A DNA stretch of 64,000 bases. It comes from a virus. The DNA lies in the IMG/VR virus record IMGVR_UViG_3300040801_003693, positions 71,939 to 135,938 of that record; one strand, given 5' to 3'. Both the position numbers and the translations under genes were made by a program. The notes under the pieces are model-generated. The model was given only the letters and a program-made list of their open reading frames with translations, had not been told where the DNA came from and did no database searches. Positions 9,811-20,886 of this stretch are shown piece by piece; position 1 is the stretch's first letter, and every line of letters begins with the position of its first letter.

Positions 9811-12006
9811 ATGTCATCCCAATTTGGAGGGGGTGCGCCTGGAGTAGGACATTTCCAAGGACATAATATTATTAAAGATTTCTTGAGAGCTAATATGTTG
9901 GATTTTTCCGACATGGTAATTTCTCATTCAGTAATTTTAAAAGCTTATGAAAGGAAGATGGAGGAGGTAATCCGTGTGGGTTATTCTCAGGTCTATCCTA
10001 GAATTGGTTTAATATTGTGTGCGGCGAAGAATTTAGATAACACTTTATTGTTTGGAGTGGGTCCCTCCTCTCCTCAATTACAAAGTGGTACGGGATACAC
10101 TGCTGCAAGTTACAGTTCGGTTGAATTAAGCTTTCAGTTATTAAGGGATAACGTTCTTAATTTTATTACTTCGGATAGTTCCCCTTTTGCTGAGGGTATC
10201 ACTAATGTTGCAGCCGCTCTTACTGCTTCTATTCTTATTCGACAACTACCTATTAATGCTGATGTAAAGAATGTAGATTTAGGTAATCGCATTGAAGAGC
10301 AGGCAATCGCAGACTTGGATAGAATTATCTTTTTATATCAACAAGGTAGAGCGGTAGAAGAAGGGAGTTTAACTCTTCCTGCTCCTAGTCGTAGCAAGCA
10401 AACTATTTATATCGCTATGGATATAGATAGATCGACTTTACCGCCAGCTATGTTTAATGACGGAGATTTAAAAACTCCTAAGAGATTAGATGAAACAGAC
10501 CCTGAGTATACGGTTAGAACCGAACGATCTTTAAGTATTGACGATTCACAGTTAGCCTGGTGTTATTATTACATATCTCCTATGGAAGGGCAGCCTTTAG
10601 TGGTAGTAAATGCAAATGCCCTTACAGATCCTATATACCAGATTAATCCAGGTGTTAGCGTTCCTCCTCCCAAAGAAGGAATTTTTTTTATTGAAGATGG
10701 TTGGGATGCTAATAATATTATTGAAGTCTTAGCAGATGAAATAAATGCAGCTTGTTTAAATCCCCGCGATCCGAAACACGCTACGAATATTATTCTCTCT
10801 CCCAATCATGGAGAAACTTTACTGAGTAATGTTGTTACTCCTAAGAAAAAAATATACCCAGATATTATTGACGACCCTTACGAACGTAAAATACTCGCGT
10901 TCCGAATGATTCATCAAGTTAATTATTTAACCTTTGCTGCTAGAAGAAGAAGTAATATAGTTGATCGTGAATTGATTATTGTTAAATTCTACTCTGCAAA
11001 CAAAACTGATTTGGCTTTAGATTTAATTCCAAATTTAGATAATTATACTTATCGTGGTAGATATAGAGAAGACTTTACTTATAATGCTGGAAACATTGTA
11101 GATGTTTCTAGCGGCTCTCAATCAGTTAGTTACATAGCTAAGACAAATAATGTTAAAGGTGAAACTCCAGCATCTAGTTCTCCCAACTGGAAATTATTAT
11201 TTAGTGATTCATCTGATTTTAAATCTTTAAGAAAGAATCCTTCGGTAAATCCTTATATCAATGGTTTGGTTTACGGACTCTCCCCCACATATGCTTATTT
11301 AGAAAAACAAGGTCCTGTTTCCATTACTCTAGAAGTTCGAGATGGTGATGTCAAAGCTATTACCGCTAAGCAAGATTTACCCTCAGAGCTTACTCCAGAA
11401 GGTGAAGATGTTAATGATTATGTTATTGATTGCTTTTGGTTCAGACTCAGTGGTGGTAATGTCACTGGCACTTTAAAATTAAATATCTCTTCTTTTGATG
11501 TAACTCAGTTTCCTAACATTCTCTCCGGAGGAAACATTAATCCCGACGGAACTATAGACGTTAGCTTTACTGCCGCCGATGCAGAAGAAGTGGCGATCGC
11601 TGTACTACTCTCTTTGTATCCTTTGTCACAGGCTACTGATGTCTTAGCTGCTTTGGTTCACAGTAGTACTGAATTTGGTGCAGCATTACAATTTACTGCT
11701 TTCAAGAAAACTCCTTTAGAAATTAAAGAAGTTATTGATATTTTAAATGAAGTTGCGGGTTTGGAAGTAGCAACTGGCACTTGGTATCGCCCAATCACAC
11801 CTTTCCGAATTAAACCCAGAAGTTTGATTATTGATGCTACTACTATTGATAAGTTAACTGCTACACAAACTCCAAATAATTCAGAACTAATTAATGAAGG
11901 CTATAACCCAGGAGTAACAAGCGTTAGTCATATTCCTTTATCTAGCCGCATTCAACACGTTTACGACAAGATAAGTTTTTTAAATAGGTTTAAAAATAAT
12001 TGTTAA
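9811..12006 (+). CDS. Virion structural protein (head-tail region) with a carbohydrate-binding-like insert
   Basis: YRGRY...YNAGNIV...SYIAK...P...SPNWKLL resembles CBM5/12-like repeats; structural operon context. Confidence 0.5.
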   Translation: MSSQFGGGAPGVGHFQGHNIIKDFLRANMLDFSDMVISHSVILKAYERKMEEVIRVGYSQVYPRIGLILCAAKNLDNTLLFGVGPSSPQLQSGTGYTAASYSSVELSFQLLRDNVLNFITSDSSPFAEGITNVAAALTASILIRQLPINADVKNVDLGNRIEEQAIADLDRIIFLYQQGRAVEEGSLTLPAPSRSKQTIYIAMDIDRSTLPPAMFNDGDLKTPKRLDETDPEYTVRTERSLSIDDSQLAWCYYYISPMEGQPLVVVNANALTDPIYQINPGVSVPPPKEGIFFIEDGWDANNIIEVLADEINAACLNPRDPKHATNIILSPNHGETLLSNVVTPKKKIYPDIIDDPYERKILAFRMIHQVNYLTFAARRRSNIVDRELIIVKFYSANKTDLALDLIPNLDNYTYRGRYREDFTYNAGNIVDVSSGSQSVSYIAKTNNVKGETPASSSPNWKLLFSDSSDFKSLRKNPSVNPYINGLVYGLSPTYAYLEKQGPVSITLEVRDGDVKAITAKQDLPSELTPEGEDVNDYVIDCFWFRLSGGNVTGTLKLNISSFDVTQFPNILSGGNINPDGTIDVSFTAADAEEVAIAVLLSLYPLSQATDVLAALVHSSTEFGAALQFTAFKKTPLEIKEVIDILNEVAGLEVATGTWYRPITPFRIKPRSLIIDATTIDKLTATQTPNNSELINEGYNPGVTSVSHIPLSSRIQHVYDKISFLNRFKNNC

Positions 12007-12009
12007 GTT

Positions 12010-12795
12010 ATGTTACTAACTCCGGTTGTCCCTTCTCTTTGCCAGCTTCAGTATTCTTTACTTAAGTACATTAGTAGCCATCCTTTGATGCAGGCTCCTT
12101 TAGTATTTCATCCAGTAACAAAACTTCATATTCCTGTCAATAGCTATAGATTTCAACGAGGCATTCCTCTTACTGATGGATTAAGTTGTGCAATTATTCC
12201 GGCTTATTATCAAAGCGATCCGAGTAGTGGATTTCCCAGTCCAGCTTCTATTAATACTTCTGTATTATATAAACCTTATGAACTAGGTAGACATAATGAA
12301 GAAGCTTTATATCAATTCTATATTGAATTTACTTATAGAGAAGTCAGTATTGAATCAATGGATTTGTTAGAGGACCCTTATTTTACAGAAGTTTTTGAAG
12401 ATGCTCCTATGCATCCTAATGAAATCATGCTTAAGGGATTAGAGACAAAGAATATTGAAGTTAGCATTAATCCTCCCCTGGAGATAATATCTAATTACTT
12501 AGAATTGGTTAGATTAATTATGTACGACAAAGTTCATATGCAGCAACAGCCTTTAAATCCATTGTTTCCCGGACAGATCGAAGGAATAGAGTGCGTACAC
12601 TTAAATTATTCTACTTCCAATTGGTCGGAGAATACCAATCCTGTATTCCATCAAGGACACCTTTGCTTGCGTCTACAAGTACATATTAATATGGGATGGA
12701 GAGATAAGTTTACTCCTATTCTAAATCAAATTAATACAGAGTATCAAAGAAAGATTAACATTACTGTTGAACAACAAAAAATAACTTTTGATTAA
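12010..12795 (+). CDS. Putative neck/tail-completion protein
   Basis: Position and size only. Confidence 0.4.
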   Translation: MLLTPVVPSLCQLQYSLLKYISSHPLMQAPLVFHPVTKLHIPVNSYRFQRGIPLTDGLSCAIIPAYYQSDPSSGFPSPASINTSVLYKPYELGRHNEEALYQFYIEFTYREVSIESMDLLEDPYFTEVFEDAPMHPNEIMLKGLETKNIEVSINPPLEIISNYLELVRLIMYDKVHMQQQPLNPLFPGQIEGIECVHLNYSTSNWSENTNPVFHQGHLCLRLQVHINMGWRDKFTPILNQINTEYQRKINITVEQQKITFD

Positions 12796-12896
12796 TTCAA
12801 ACACTAGCTTTTTACAATAATTAATATTAAGATAAAAAAATAACTTTTAATAAACTAATGATAAAAAAATATGTTGTCTCATTAAGGAGACAGTAG

Positions 12897-13862
12897 ATGA
12901 AGAAATTTATATTCTTTCCTGCGGGATTATCAGGAGAATATTTACCGTTTTTTATTAATCCAAATCCAATTTCTTATTTCTGTTTAGATGTTCCGTTATT
13001 GATTGATAATGTAAAAAAACATGGAACAGCAAATGTACTGTGGGAACAAATTGGTGGACCAATAATTGAAATTCAAAATGAAGCAACTTTAACTCCTACA
13101 ATTATTTTCAATGACCAAGTTCAAGGACAGAAAATAACTATTAGATTAAAGTATATAGATAAGCCAAATATATTTACTGATGTAGAAATAGATCCTTTTG
13201 TATTTAGTTTAATATTGTCTCAATTTACTTCAGATTCAAAAGCTATACCAGATGTATATGATATTAGAACATTAGATATTACTTTTCCGCCACCCCAGTT
13301 TAATTTAATAGAGTCTTTCTGCTTTAATTCAGATTCGGAAGACATTTATATTAAATGGTTAAATCCGTCGAGCGACTCGAATAAAATATTTGATTCAACT
13401 TTAATTAGAAGAAATGATGATGGAGAATATTCTGTAAAGGCATCTGTAGATAGTTCCGCTTTCCCCGGAGCATATACAAAGAATAACAGAAATCATAAGA
13501 TCATTTCGGTATACAAGGATAAATTAGGAAATACTTTTTTCTATCAAGGTAAGACAAGAAGAATTAAATTAGATTATGTTATTAGTGGAGTCAACGATTT
13601 AGTCTTATCAAGATTTTATTCTGATACTAAAAGAGTAAGTCATGAATACCCTTTCATATTAAGACTTAAAAATCAGATTGGCAAATCTACAGTTAATAAT
13701 AACTTTAACTCTAAGTCATCTAGAGAAAGTTTTGTATATCCTTTTAGAGCTACTGTTACAGAGCAGAATGTAAGTTCTTCTGTTTCAAACAGTTTCGATT
13801 CACAAACTATAAGAAATAACGTTACATATATATTTATTGCCGGAGGTATAACCGTTGGATAA
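12897..13862 (+). CDS. Virion protein with PKD/Ig-like segment
   Basis: VLWEQIGGP...PTIIF motif. Confidence 0.45.
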   Translation: MKKFIFFPAGLSGEYLPFFINPNPISYFCLDVPLLIDNVKKHGTANVLWEQIGGPIIEIQNEATLTPTIIFNDQVQGQKITIRLKYIDKPNIFTDVEIDPFVFSLILSQFTSDSKAIPDVYDIRTLDITFPPPQFNLIESFCFNSDSEDIYIKWLNPSSDSNKIFDSTLIRRNDDGEYSVKASVDSSAFPGAYTKNNRNHKIISVYKDKLGNTFFYQGKTRRIKLDYVISGVNDLVLSRFYSDTKRVSHEYPFILRLKNQIGKSTVNNNFNSKSSRESFVYPFRATVTEQNVSSSVSNSFDSQTIRNNVTYIFIAGGITVG

Positions 13863-16800
13863 AAATTTAGGTATTACAGGAGAATTTACCATCTCCATTA
13901 AAGATCAAAATACAGATCGAGAGAGAATCAATTTAAAAGTTAAGAATAATATTACAGATGCGTTTTTTAAATCATTAATAGACAGCTTTCAATCTGTAAG
14001 ATATTTCTCTAGTTATGTCATCGACCAAACTCAGCTAGGTTCATTATTGTCTTCTAATATTTCAATATCTACTTCGGATAAAAATTATGGAAAGCATATT
14101 AATATATTAGACCAAATTATAGCTACAGCAGAAACTAACACAGACATACTAGGACCTAAAGTTGGAATTATAGATAGAACGGATAGCTCTCCTTTGTTTA
14201 TAGAATATAAACAAAGGATACTTTCAACAGAAGCAAAGTATGGTTCTGGAAATGGTTTTGATAGATTTTTTAGAACTATTTGTTTAAGTCTTTCTACTTT
14301 AAGATCAAATATAGATCATACAGAAAATGGTGCTGCATCTTTTGCTAAGTCTGTTGTTTATGCCTATGCTGTATTAGATAGTGATTGCGAACAAAAAGCA
14401 AATGAAATAGTAGATGTAACCTATAGATTACAGATTCCAGATGACAATTCTAAATATTTTGCTGATTATTTAGCCTTAAAAATATTTAATAATGAATATA
14501 TAGATTCTGCTTATAAACAAAGATCTATATCTTATTTTCCATCTGAAGATTATAAAAATATTTTTAGGTCTGGTGATGGATATAAAGCGGATAATACAAT
14601 TTCAGTACTTAAATCCCAAAAACAAAAAGCATCTTTTGGAGGATTAAAGACTACTTATATTCAAGACCATGAGGTAATTGATGATAAAAACTATGGTAGA
14701 ATTTTTGGAAGTGTTCAATCTGGAATAGCAAATAATTCCACTTTTGTTACTAGTGTCAATTCTTCTAAAACAAGTCCTATTCAATCTGTTTTTTCTCACA
14801 GCGCAAATGCTTATAAACCTTTACAAGACATTAACACTTTAGCCGGAGCTTACGTTAAACCAGTACTTAGTGGAGATCCAAATCCGACTCTACCCAAATA
14901 TTATAAGATTAATATGACGGTAGCCGGGGAGATTGGAACAAGTGCATATAGTATTTGTAGAAGAAACATTACAGGTTTTACTGATTCAGCTTCTACTGGA
15001 TTTATCAATAATGACGAACATATACCTTTCTTTGCAATAACAGATAATTTAGGGGGAGTAGAAAATAATACTACTCCGGTAATGATTAAACCTTATGATG
15101 ATTATCATGGAGGGGTTAGAAACAATACTAGATTTATAAAAATTAATGAATTTAATATAGTTAGTTGGGATAGAACTGGTGTAACGGTAACTAATATTAT
15201 TACAGGTAAACACGTTAGTTATGAATCAATTAATGGAGTAAATTTAACTGATGTTCGTAACTGCTCTGTTGAAAGGATAGATAGTGATAGCTATAAATTA
15301 TATATCGCTTGTGCAGACAAAGGTTTATTTGTAGTTCAATTTTTTAACATTAATACTAGTTTTGGTTCTGCTGTAATTAATCCTACTAGCACACCTTGTT
15401 TAAGCGTTGATTGTGGAAAGCAGGTCTTTGCTTTATTTAATCAAGGGGGAGAGTTAAAACTTAGAAATTCAGATGACTGGGGTGCAAACTTAAGCTTTAG
15501 TTTACCACTTTCCCAATTAAGTGAAGGTTCAATTGATTCTGTTTATTATATCAAAGCAGATAAAGATGTAACAAATAACGAATCAATTAATTATGTTGCT
15601 ATATGTGCTGTTGATAGTAGCAATACAATAGGTTTGTTTTGGTGGGATGATAATAGTTCAACTACTAGATCAAGTTTATTCTCTGCTTTTTATCGTAGCT
15701 GGGATGGTACAAATGGTATAATCCCAAGTCAATATTGGAATACTCCTTTTGACGTTGCAACAAACGATAATAATTATTATTATGTAAATCCTGTTAACTT
15801 AGCTTGTGATAGTAGAGGAAACTGGTATGCATGGAATAGTAATAGTACCTTCTCCTCCGGGGAGACAAATACTTCAAATATAATTCCGTTACCTTCTTCA
15901 GAAGCTTTTGCTTTTAATATTCCAATGGTTACAGAAGAAGATTATGTCTTAGGGAAAGAAAATATATTCTATTTTGATAATGGAGCTTTCTATAAAGTAG
16001 CTTCAAGAGATAGAACCAGTGTAAGCTGTTCTGGAAGTGGATATTCAAATGCACAAGAAAGAACAAGTTCTAATATTCGTGAAGTAGTTCCAGTTTATTT
16101 ATCTAAAGGATCTATATTTTATAATAACGGTCTTTGTAATCCATACTACAGTGCTATTTCTAATGAAGCTTCAACTATTGGAGAAGGTAGACAGCTAAAC
16201 CAGAGTAACGTAATACTAAATCCTATTGTCTGGGATTATTATAGTTATGATGGTAATGATTGGATTAAAACTAATCCCACATTTAATTCCTCTACTGGTG
16301 TGTGGGATATGCCTGCAATTACAGGTCGGTTAACTCATTCTACAGACCAACAGTTAGAAGGAATTGATTCTCTTTTATCTTTAAGATGGGATGCGCTACA
16401 AGGAGTATCAACTCCATCAGAAATAGGAGAATGGTATTCTTACGTAGTTTGCGTAGGAGAAATGAAGGATGAAACTAATACTCAAACCTACAAAAATTCT
16501 TGGTATTTAGCAAAGTTAATAGACGCGACTTTAACAAGTACTGCTATTCCGACTTCAGGAGAAATGTATGCTCCTGTATCTTTATACGGCGGTAGTTCAC
16601 CCGATGATAAATATCGCTCTTTAGAACCTGATAATATTAGTTATTACGATTTAAATATTCAAGGTTATTCTGTTGCAGCTAATATCATCTTAGACCCAAA
16701 CATTGAACCGGGACTAAATGACATTTTAATTAATACCGCAACTGGTAAGTTAATTTTTAACAGTGCGGATATTGGGAAGAATGTAAGTGGTACATATAAG

Positions 16801-17547
16801 TATGTGCAAACTGATTATTCTTTACCTGTACCTAGTATTAATTCTTTGCCTTCAGAAATAAATACTATTCAAGAGCCTAAATTAATATTAAGTGGAACAG
16901 AAGGTCTTACTTTAGATGGAACAAATGTAGTTTCTTGGGAAGATTCTTCTCCCCGGCAGATAATTTACTCCCAAACTGAAGCTGCAAATAGACCTACCAC
17001 TAAAACCAAGAATGGTAATCCTGTAGTTGCTTTTGACGATATTGTACCTCAGTGGTTAGAAGCAGAAGATTATCCTTTGTTACTAAAAAATGGAATTAGT
17101 TTTGTAACTGCTATTCGTCCGGAAGATGCAGATGGAGGAATTTTATCTATTAATCATGAAATTGATTATCCAGTTTTCGGATTATCTTATGATTCTACTA
17201 AAATAAGAATTAAATTTACTAATTCTGGATTTTATCTTGATATTCCATATACTCTACCTGTAGATAGCTGGTCTTTAATAACCGCTTCTTTAAATTTCAA
17301 TGAACTAAAATTTACCATAAACATAAATGGAAATACAAATTTTACTGGAGATATTCCAAAAGTTCCGTTATTTGATGCAGTAACTAAAGTCACTTTGGGA
17401 AGAGTAATTCGTTTTAACAATAGCACCACATCAGTCAAGAATTTCAAAGGTTGTATTGCATACTTATCTTTATATGATAATTATTTGACAAAACCAGAGT
17501 TAGAAAAAATTCAAAATTATGTAAATTCTTTATATGCAATTTACTAA
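13855..17547 (+). CDS. Large virion fibre/appendage protein with C-terminal LamG-like domain
   Basis: VVSWEDSS...NRPT...VAFD...WSLIT...FKGCIAYLSLYDNYLT..E...I.NY. Confidence 0.65.
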   Translation: MDKNLGITGEFTISIKDQNTDRERINLKVKNNITDAFFKSLIDSFQSVRYFSSYVIDQTQLGSLLSSNISISTSDKNYGKHINILDQIIATAETNTDILGPKVGIIDRTDSSPLFIEYKQRILSTEAKYGSGNGFDRFFRTICLSLSTLRSNIDHTENGAASFAKSVVYAYAVLDSDCEQKANEIVDVTYRLQIPDDNSKYFADYLALKIFNNEYIDSAYKQRSISYFPSEDYKNIFRSGDGYKADNTISVLKSQKQKASFGGLKTTYIQDHEVIDDKNYGRIFGSVQSGIANNSTFVTSVNSSKTSPIQSVFSHSANAYKPLQDINTLAGAYVKPVLSGDPNPTLPKYYKINMTVAGEIGTSAYSICRRNITGFTDSASTGFINNDEHIPFFAITDNLGGVENNTTPVMIKPYDDYHGGVRNNTRFIKINEFNIVSWDRTGVTVTNIITGKHVSYESINGVNLTDVRNCSVERIDSDSYKLYIACADKGLFVVQFFNINTSFGSAVINPTSTPCLSVDCGKQVFALFNQGGELKLRNSDDWGANLSFSLPLSQLSEGSIDSVYYIKADKDVTNNESINYVAICAVDSSNTIGLFWWDDNSSTTRSSLFSAFYRSWDGTNGIIPSQYWNTPFDVATNDNNYYYVNPVNLACDSRGNWYAWNSNSTFSSGETNTSNIIPLPSSEAFAFNIPMVTEEDYVLGKENIFYFDNGAFYKVASRDRTSVSCSGSGYSNAQERTSSNIREVVPVYLSKGSIFYNNGLCNPYYSAISNEASTIGEGRQLNQSNVILNPIVWDYYSYDGNDWIKTNPTFNSSTGVWDMPAITGRLTHSTDQQLEGIDSLLSLRWDALQGVSTPSEIGEWYSYVVCVGEMKDETNTQTYKNSWYLAKLIDATLTSTAIPTSGEMYAPVSLYGGSSPDDKYRSLEPDNISYYDLNIQGYSVAANIILDPNIEPGLNDILINTATGKLIFNSADIGKNVSGTYKYVQTDYSLPVPSINSLPSEINTIQEPKLILSGTEGLTLDGTNVVSWEDSSPRQIIYSQTEAANRPTTKTKNGNPVVAFDDIVPQWLEAEDYPLLLKNGISFVTAIRPEDADGGILSINHEIDYPVFGLSYDSTKIRIKFTNSGFYLDIPYTLPVDSWSLITASLNFNELKFTININGNTNFTGDIPKVPLFDAVTKVTLGRVIRFNNSTTSVKNFKGCIAYLSLYDNYLTKPELEKIQNYVNSLYAIY

Positions 17548-17598
17548 CTGATAAAATCTACCCACAATATATAACAACAAATAATTAATAATTAATAG

Positions 17599-17634
17599 TT
17601 AGAAGAGATCTAAAGTATCTCTTCTAATTTTTTT
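17599..17634 (+). terminator. Rho-independent terminator-like hairpin
   Basis: TTAGAAGAGAT-loop-ATCTCTTCTAA followed by a T run. Confidence 0.55.
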
Positions 17635-17656
17635 ATAAGATATTTTAAAATTTTAA

Positions 17657-19894
17657 ATGTTAATTCCATCCGTTAACTTTGTTGAAAACAATATAGGAAT
17701 AACTCCGATTACGCCGGGGGTAAGAAATAGAATAGGAATAGTAGGTGAGTTTAGTAGGGGACCGGCTAATGTCGCTACTTATATTACTGGCTATACTGAC
17801 TTTTCTACTCGTTATGGTTCTGATACTAATAAAGGTTCATTAGCCTATCAAGCTGCATTCGACCAGGGTGCGGAAGAGTTTATGGCTGTTCGGGTATTAG
17901 GAAGAGGAAAGGTTAGTAAAGGTGCAGTAGTATTTGGTGGGGAAGTAGCTAAGCCAAATAGATTATTAATGAATCTTAAGTTTATTGGTAATGTTGTTGA
18001 CAAAGGCACTATTCCAATGGTGAGTAGTGCTTTTACTACCGGGATGTATACAGGTTCGGTAAGCGGAAGATATTATTTTTATGTTAGTACCGCAGACAGT
18101 ACCAATGCCACTATCAAATGGAAATTCTATAGATTAGGTGCAGAGCCTACAGTTATTGATTGGAGTGAGATAACAGATACTTTAACTATTAATTTAACAA
18201 CTGATAAAGGTTTAGAGAAAGAAGTTGAGAATGGATTAAAAGTAATTTTTGGTACTGCATCTCAAACAGATCCTTTGTATTTAAGTGTAGGAAATAGTTT
18301 CTCTGTAAGGTGTAATTCTTATTTATTAGAAACTGAAATTAATACTGGGGAGTTACCTCCTCAAATGATTACTCAGTTTATTGATAGTGTTGTAGGATTA
18401 TACCCACTAGGAAATATAGTTAGAGACGAATTCCAAACTGGAGCTATTTTTGAATTAGAAGAAGATTTAATTGGTTCTATCGGGAATAAATTTTATTACT
18501 GGTTTGAATTACAAGATGAAGTTGATTCTGGTGTTACAGTTTATCCCCACGGAATAGAAGAAGCATTGACTTTCCAGGGTGGAGAAGACCAGCCAAGAAA
18601 TGCTTTTAGAGACTTTTATACTTTATCTGGAATTCCTTTAATTAGAATAATAGCTTTATCAGAAGGAAGTTGGGGTAATCAACTTAATGTTTCAATCTTC
18701 CCTTTAAATAATAAAAAGTTTAGATTAAGTATTGAAGATTTAAATGCAGAGAATTTTAATCCTCGTTTTGAAGCTGAATCTTATATTATTAATATTAATG
18801 AAGTTGACGCTGATGGTCAACTAAATCAATTATCAAATAGCTCTTTAGTAAGAGGATTCTTTATTCCAAAATTAAATAATCCTGCTGGATTTGATAGCTC
18901 TTTGCTTTTGCAATCTCCTCAAAGAATTGCTCCTATTAATGAATTAATTGTAGACCTTGAAGACCCTACTCATAAAGATCATTTTGGCATTAATTTCTTA
19001 CAGAATATTTCTTTACAAAATGGTTATGATGGACCGGGTATTACTGATGAAGATTATATAAACGGTTTAGAAGTTATTAAAGAGCAACCTGCACATATTA
19101 TTATTTGTCCTGGACAGTATCAATCTACAAATATTAGACAAGCGATGATCTCTCATGCTGAGAATGCTTCTGAACTTGAAGGATTAAGAATCGCAGTACT
19201 AAATGCTCGACCAAGATTAGTCCCTGGTGCTGCCAATCAAGAGACTGTAGGATTAGAATCTACTAGAGCAGTTATGGTTTCTGGTTGGTGTTCCTATAGC
19301 GGACAACCTAATGCCCCTCGGTTCGGAACTTCTCCTGATGCTTTCTATGCAGGTAAGCTAGCTAATACCCCTTTCTTTGCAGGACCTAACAGTAGAAGAA
19401 CTGCTGGCTCTGTTCAAGCTGTTTCTGAATGCGATGCTTCTAAATTCTCTTCTAAAAATTCTTTACAAATTTTTACTGATGCTAAACTAGAGATTTTAAC
19501 TTTAGATCCTTCTACTCAATCTTATGTTTTCACTAACGGCAGAACCTTAAGCGCTAACATTGATTGGGAAAAGGTTTCCTTCCGACGGACTTACGATTAT
19601 ATTAGACAAGACTTATTTGACCTGCTTCAACAGTACAAATCTGAACCTCATACTAATTTGTTACGTACACAAATTGTTACTGCTATTAATGGCTATATGA
19701 ATGAACGTGCTAGAAACAGCGAGATTGCTTCCTACGGCGGAACTATAGCTGACTCTAGTAATAACACTGTTGAAAGTTATATCCGTGGTGAGCTTAATAT
19801 TAGTGTAAGATTTCTTCCAGTTTATGCCCTAGACTACATAAACGTAATCTTAATACGTGATAGCCAAACTGGTTTGGTTAGCTTTGGTAGTTAA
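17657..19894 (+). CDS. Contractile tail sheath protein
   Basis: IGIVGEFSRGP, ALSEGSWGNQLNV, LQNGYDG, VSFRRTYDYI, NNT...I.GEL.I.V.F.PVYALDYI. Confidence 0.92.
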   Translation: MLIPSVNFVENNIGITPITPGVRNRIGIVGEFSRGPANVATYITGYTDFSTRYGSDTNKGSLAYQAAFDQGAEEFMAVRVLGRGKVSKGAVVFGGEVAKPNRLLMNLKFIGNVVDKGTIPMVSSAFTTGMYTGSVSGRYYFYVSTADSTNATIKWKFYRLGAEPTVIDWSEITDTLTINLTTDKGLEKEVENGLKVIFGTASQTDPLYLSVGNSFSVRCNSYLLETEINTGELPPQMITQFIDSVVGLYPLGNIVRDEFQTGAIFELEEDLIGSIGNKFYYWFELQDEVDSGVTVYPHGIEEALTFQGGEDQPRNAFRDFYTLSGIPLIRIIALSEGSWGNQLNVSIFPLNNKKFRLSIEDLNAENFNPRFEAESYIININEVDADGQLNQLSNSSLVRGFFIPKLNNPAGFDSSLLLQSPQRIAPINELIVDLEDPTHKDHFGINFLQNISLQNGYDGPGITDEDYINGLEVIKEQPAHIIICPGQYQSTNIRQAMISHAENASELEGLRIAVLNARPRLVPGAANQETVGLESTRAVMVSGWCSYSGQPNAPRFGTSPDAFYAGKLANTPFFAGPNSRRTAGSVQAVSECDASKFSSKNSLQIFTDAKLEILTLDPSTQSYVFTNGRTLSANIDWEKVSFRRTYDYIRQDLFDLLQQYKSEPHTNLLRTQIVTAINGYMNERARNSEIASYGGTIADSSNNTVESYIRGELNISVRFLPVYALDYINVILIRDSQTGLVSFGS

Positions 19895-20093
19895 TCAAAA
19901 AACGATTTAAAGCGGGGGTTAAAACAGATACTACTTCTGGATTGTTTTTAATAATCTCAGCATCTCTTGCACAATTACTACAACCACAATCGCAGCCATG
20001 CTCTTTTAAATTTATAGCTGCTTCTATTACAAGTTGCGTTATTTTTTTATTCATAAGAAAATTTCTGCTTACAAAACTATATAAGTTTGCCAT
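19878..20093 (-). CDS. Small Cys-rich hypothetical protein
   Basis: HGCDCGCSNC motif. Confidence 0.45.
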   Translation of the reverse strand: MANLYSFVSRNFLMNKKITQLVIEAAINLKEHGCDCGCSNCARDAEIIKNNPEVVSVLTPALNRFLINYQS

Positions 20094-20130
20094 ATGATTA
20101 TATAATCATATTCTAAACTTATACAAAAAT

Positions 20131-20274
20131 ATGCTTGATAAATTTTTAGGGAAGTTAGAACAAAACATAAAACTACCTACTATTGGAGCAGTTATTGGTT
20201 CCGCTTTTGGAATCCCAGGTTCTGTTCTAGGATTACTTATTGTAATTGGTTATTTCACTATTTCGGAAGAGTAA
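20131..20274 (+). CDS. 47-aa glycine-zipper membrane peptide
   Basis: Below the ORF track cutoff: MLDKFLGKLEQNIKLPTIGAVIGSAFGIPGSVLGLLIVIGYFTISEE; followed by a terminator hairpin. Confidence 0.55.
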   Translation: MLDKFLGKLEQNIKLPTIGAVIGSAFGIPGSVLGLLIVIGYFTISEE

Positions 20275-20290
20275 ATTAATTGTTAATTAT

Positions 20291-20319
20291 GAAGTCACGT
20301 TCTATAAAAACGTGACTTC
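20291..20319. terminator. Bidirectional terminator-like hairpin
   Basis: GAAGTCACGTT-loop-AACGTGACTTC between convergent genes. Confidence 0.65.
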
Positions 20320-20331
20320 TTCTAATTCTAT

Positions 20332-20811
20332 TTAAGTATTAATTAATTCTAAATTAAATATTTCAGCACAAATATTACCAAGATATACTGGAGCATTTGG
20401 AGCTAATTCATATCTAAAGTATTTAGGATTAGTCTCAATCTTTCCATTCTTATTAAAGATTAAAGGCTTCCATACCACTTGATTTAATTGTGGTTGTTTA
20501 TTCTTGATTGTAATCTTGTCGTATTCAATAATATCAAATGAATGTGGATAGTCCCTTTCTCCTGGGAGATAAGGATAGTGATGAATCCATTTAGTATTAA
20601 GTGGATTTAGATTAAAATCATGAATAATTAAAGGTGTAATAAATTCTACTGAATTAGTAATGCTAGTTCCAGTATTTGAATCTGTCATAATAACAATTGT
20701 TTCAGATTCAAATTCTACTAGTTTTAATTGACAATAAGAATCCCAATTACCAAATCCATTTCCAAATCCTTTCCAATTATATTTTGTATTAACTAAAATG
20801 TTATATTCCAT
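20332..20811 (-). CDS. Hypothetical protein immediately downstream of the solitary CRISPR repeat
   Basis: 159-aa ORF with GTSITNSVE motif; ATG 38 nt after the repeat. Confidence 0.65.
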   Translation of the reverse strand: MEYNILVNTKYNWKGFGNGFGNWDSYCQLKLVEFESETIVIMTDSNTGTSITNSVEFITPLIIHDFNLNPLNTKWIHHYPYLPGERDYPHSFDIIEYDKITIKNKQPQLNQVVWKPLIFNKNGKIETNPKYFRYELAPNAPVYLGNICAEIFNLELINT

Positions 20812-20849
20812 TGCGGTTTTATCCTACTTGAAAATTTAATTAAATAGCA

Positions 20850-20886
20850 GTTTCAATCCCTGATAGGGATTAGAATTAATTTCCAC
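20850..20886 (-). CRISPR. Solitary 37-nt cyanobacterial-type CRISPR repeat (no array)
   Basis: GTGGAAATTAATTCTAATCCCTATCAGGGATTGAAAC: AATCCCT/AGGGATT stem and ATTGAAAC 3' end; no second copy seen in the window. Confidence 0.8.
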
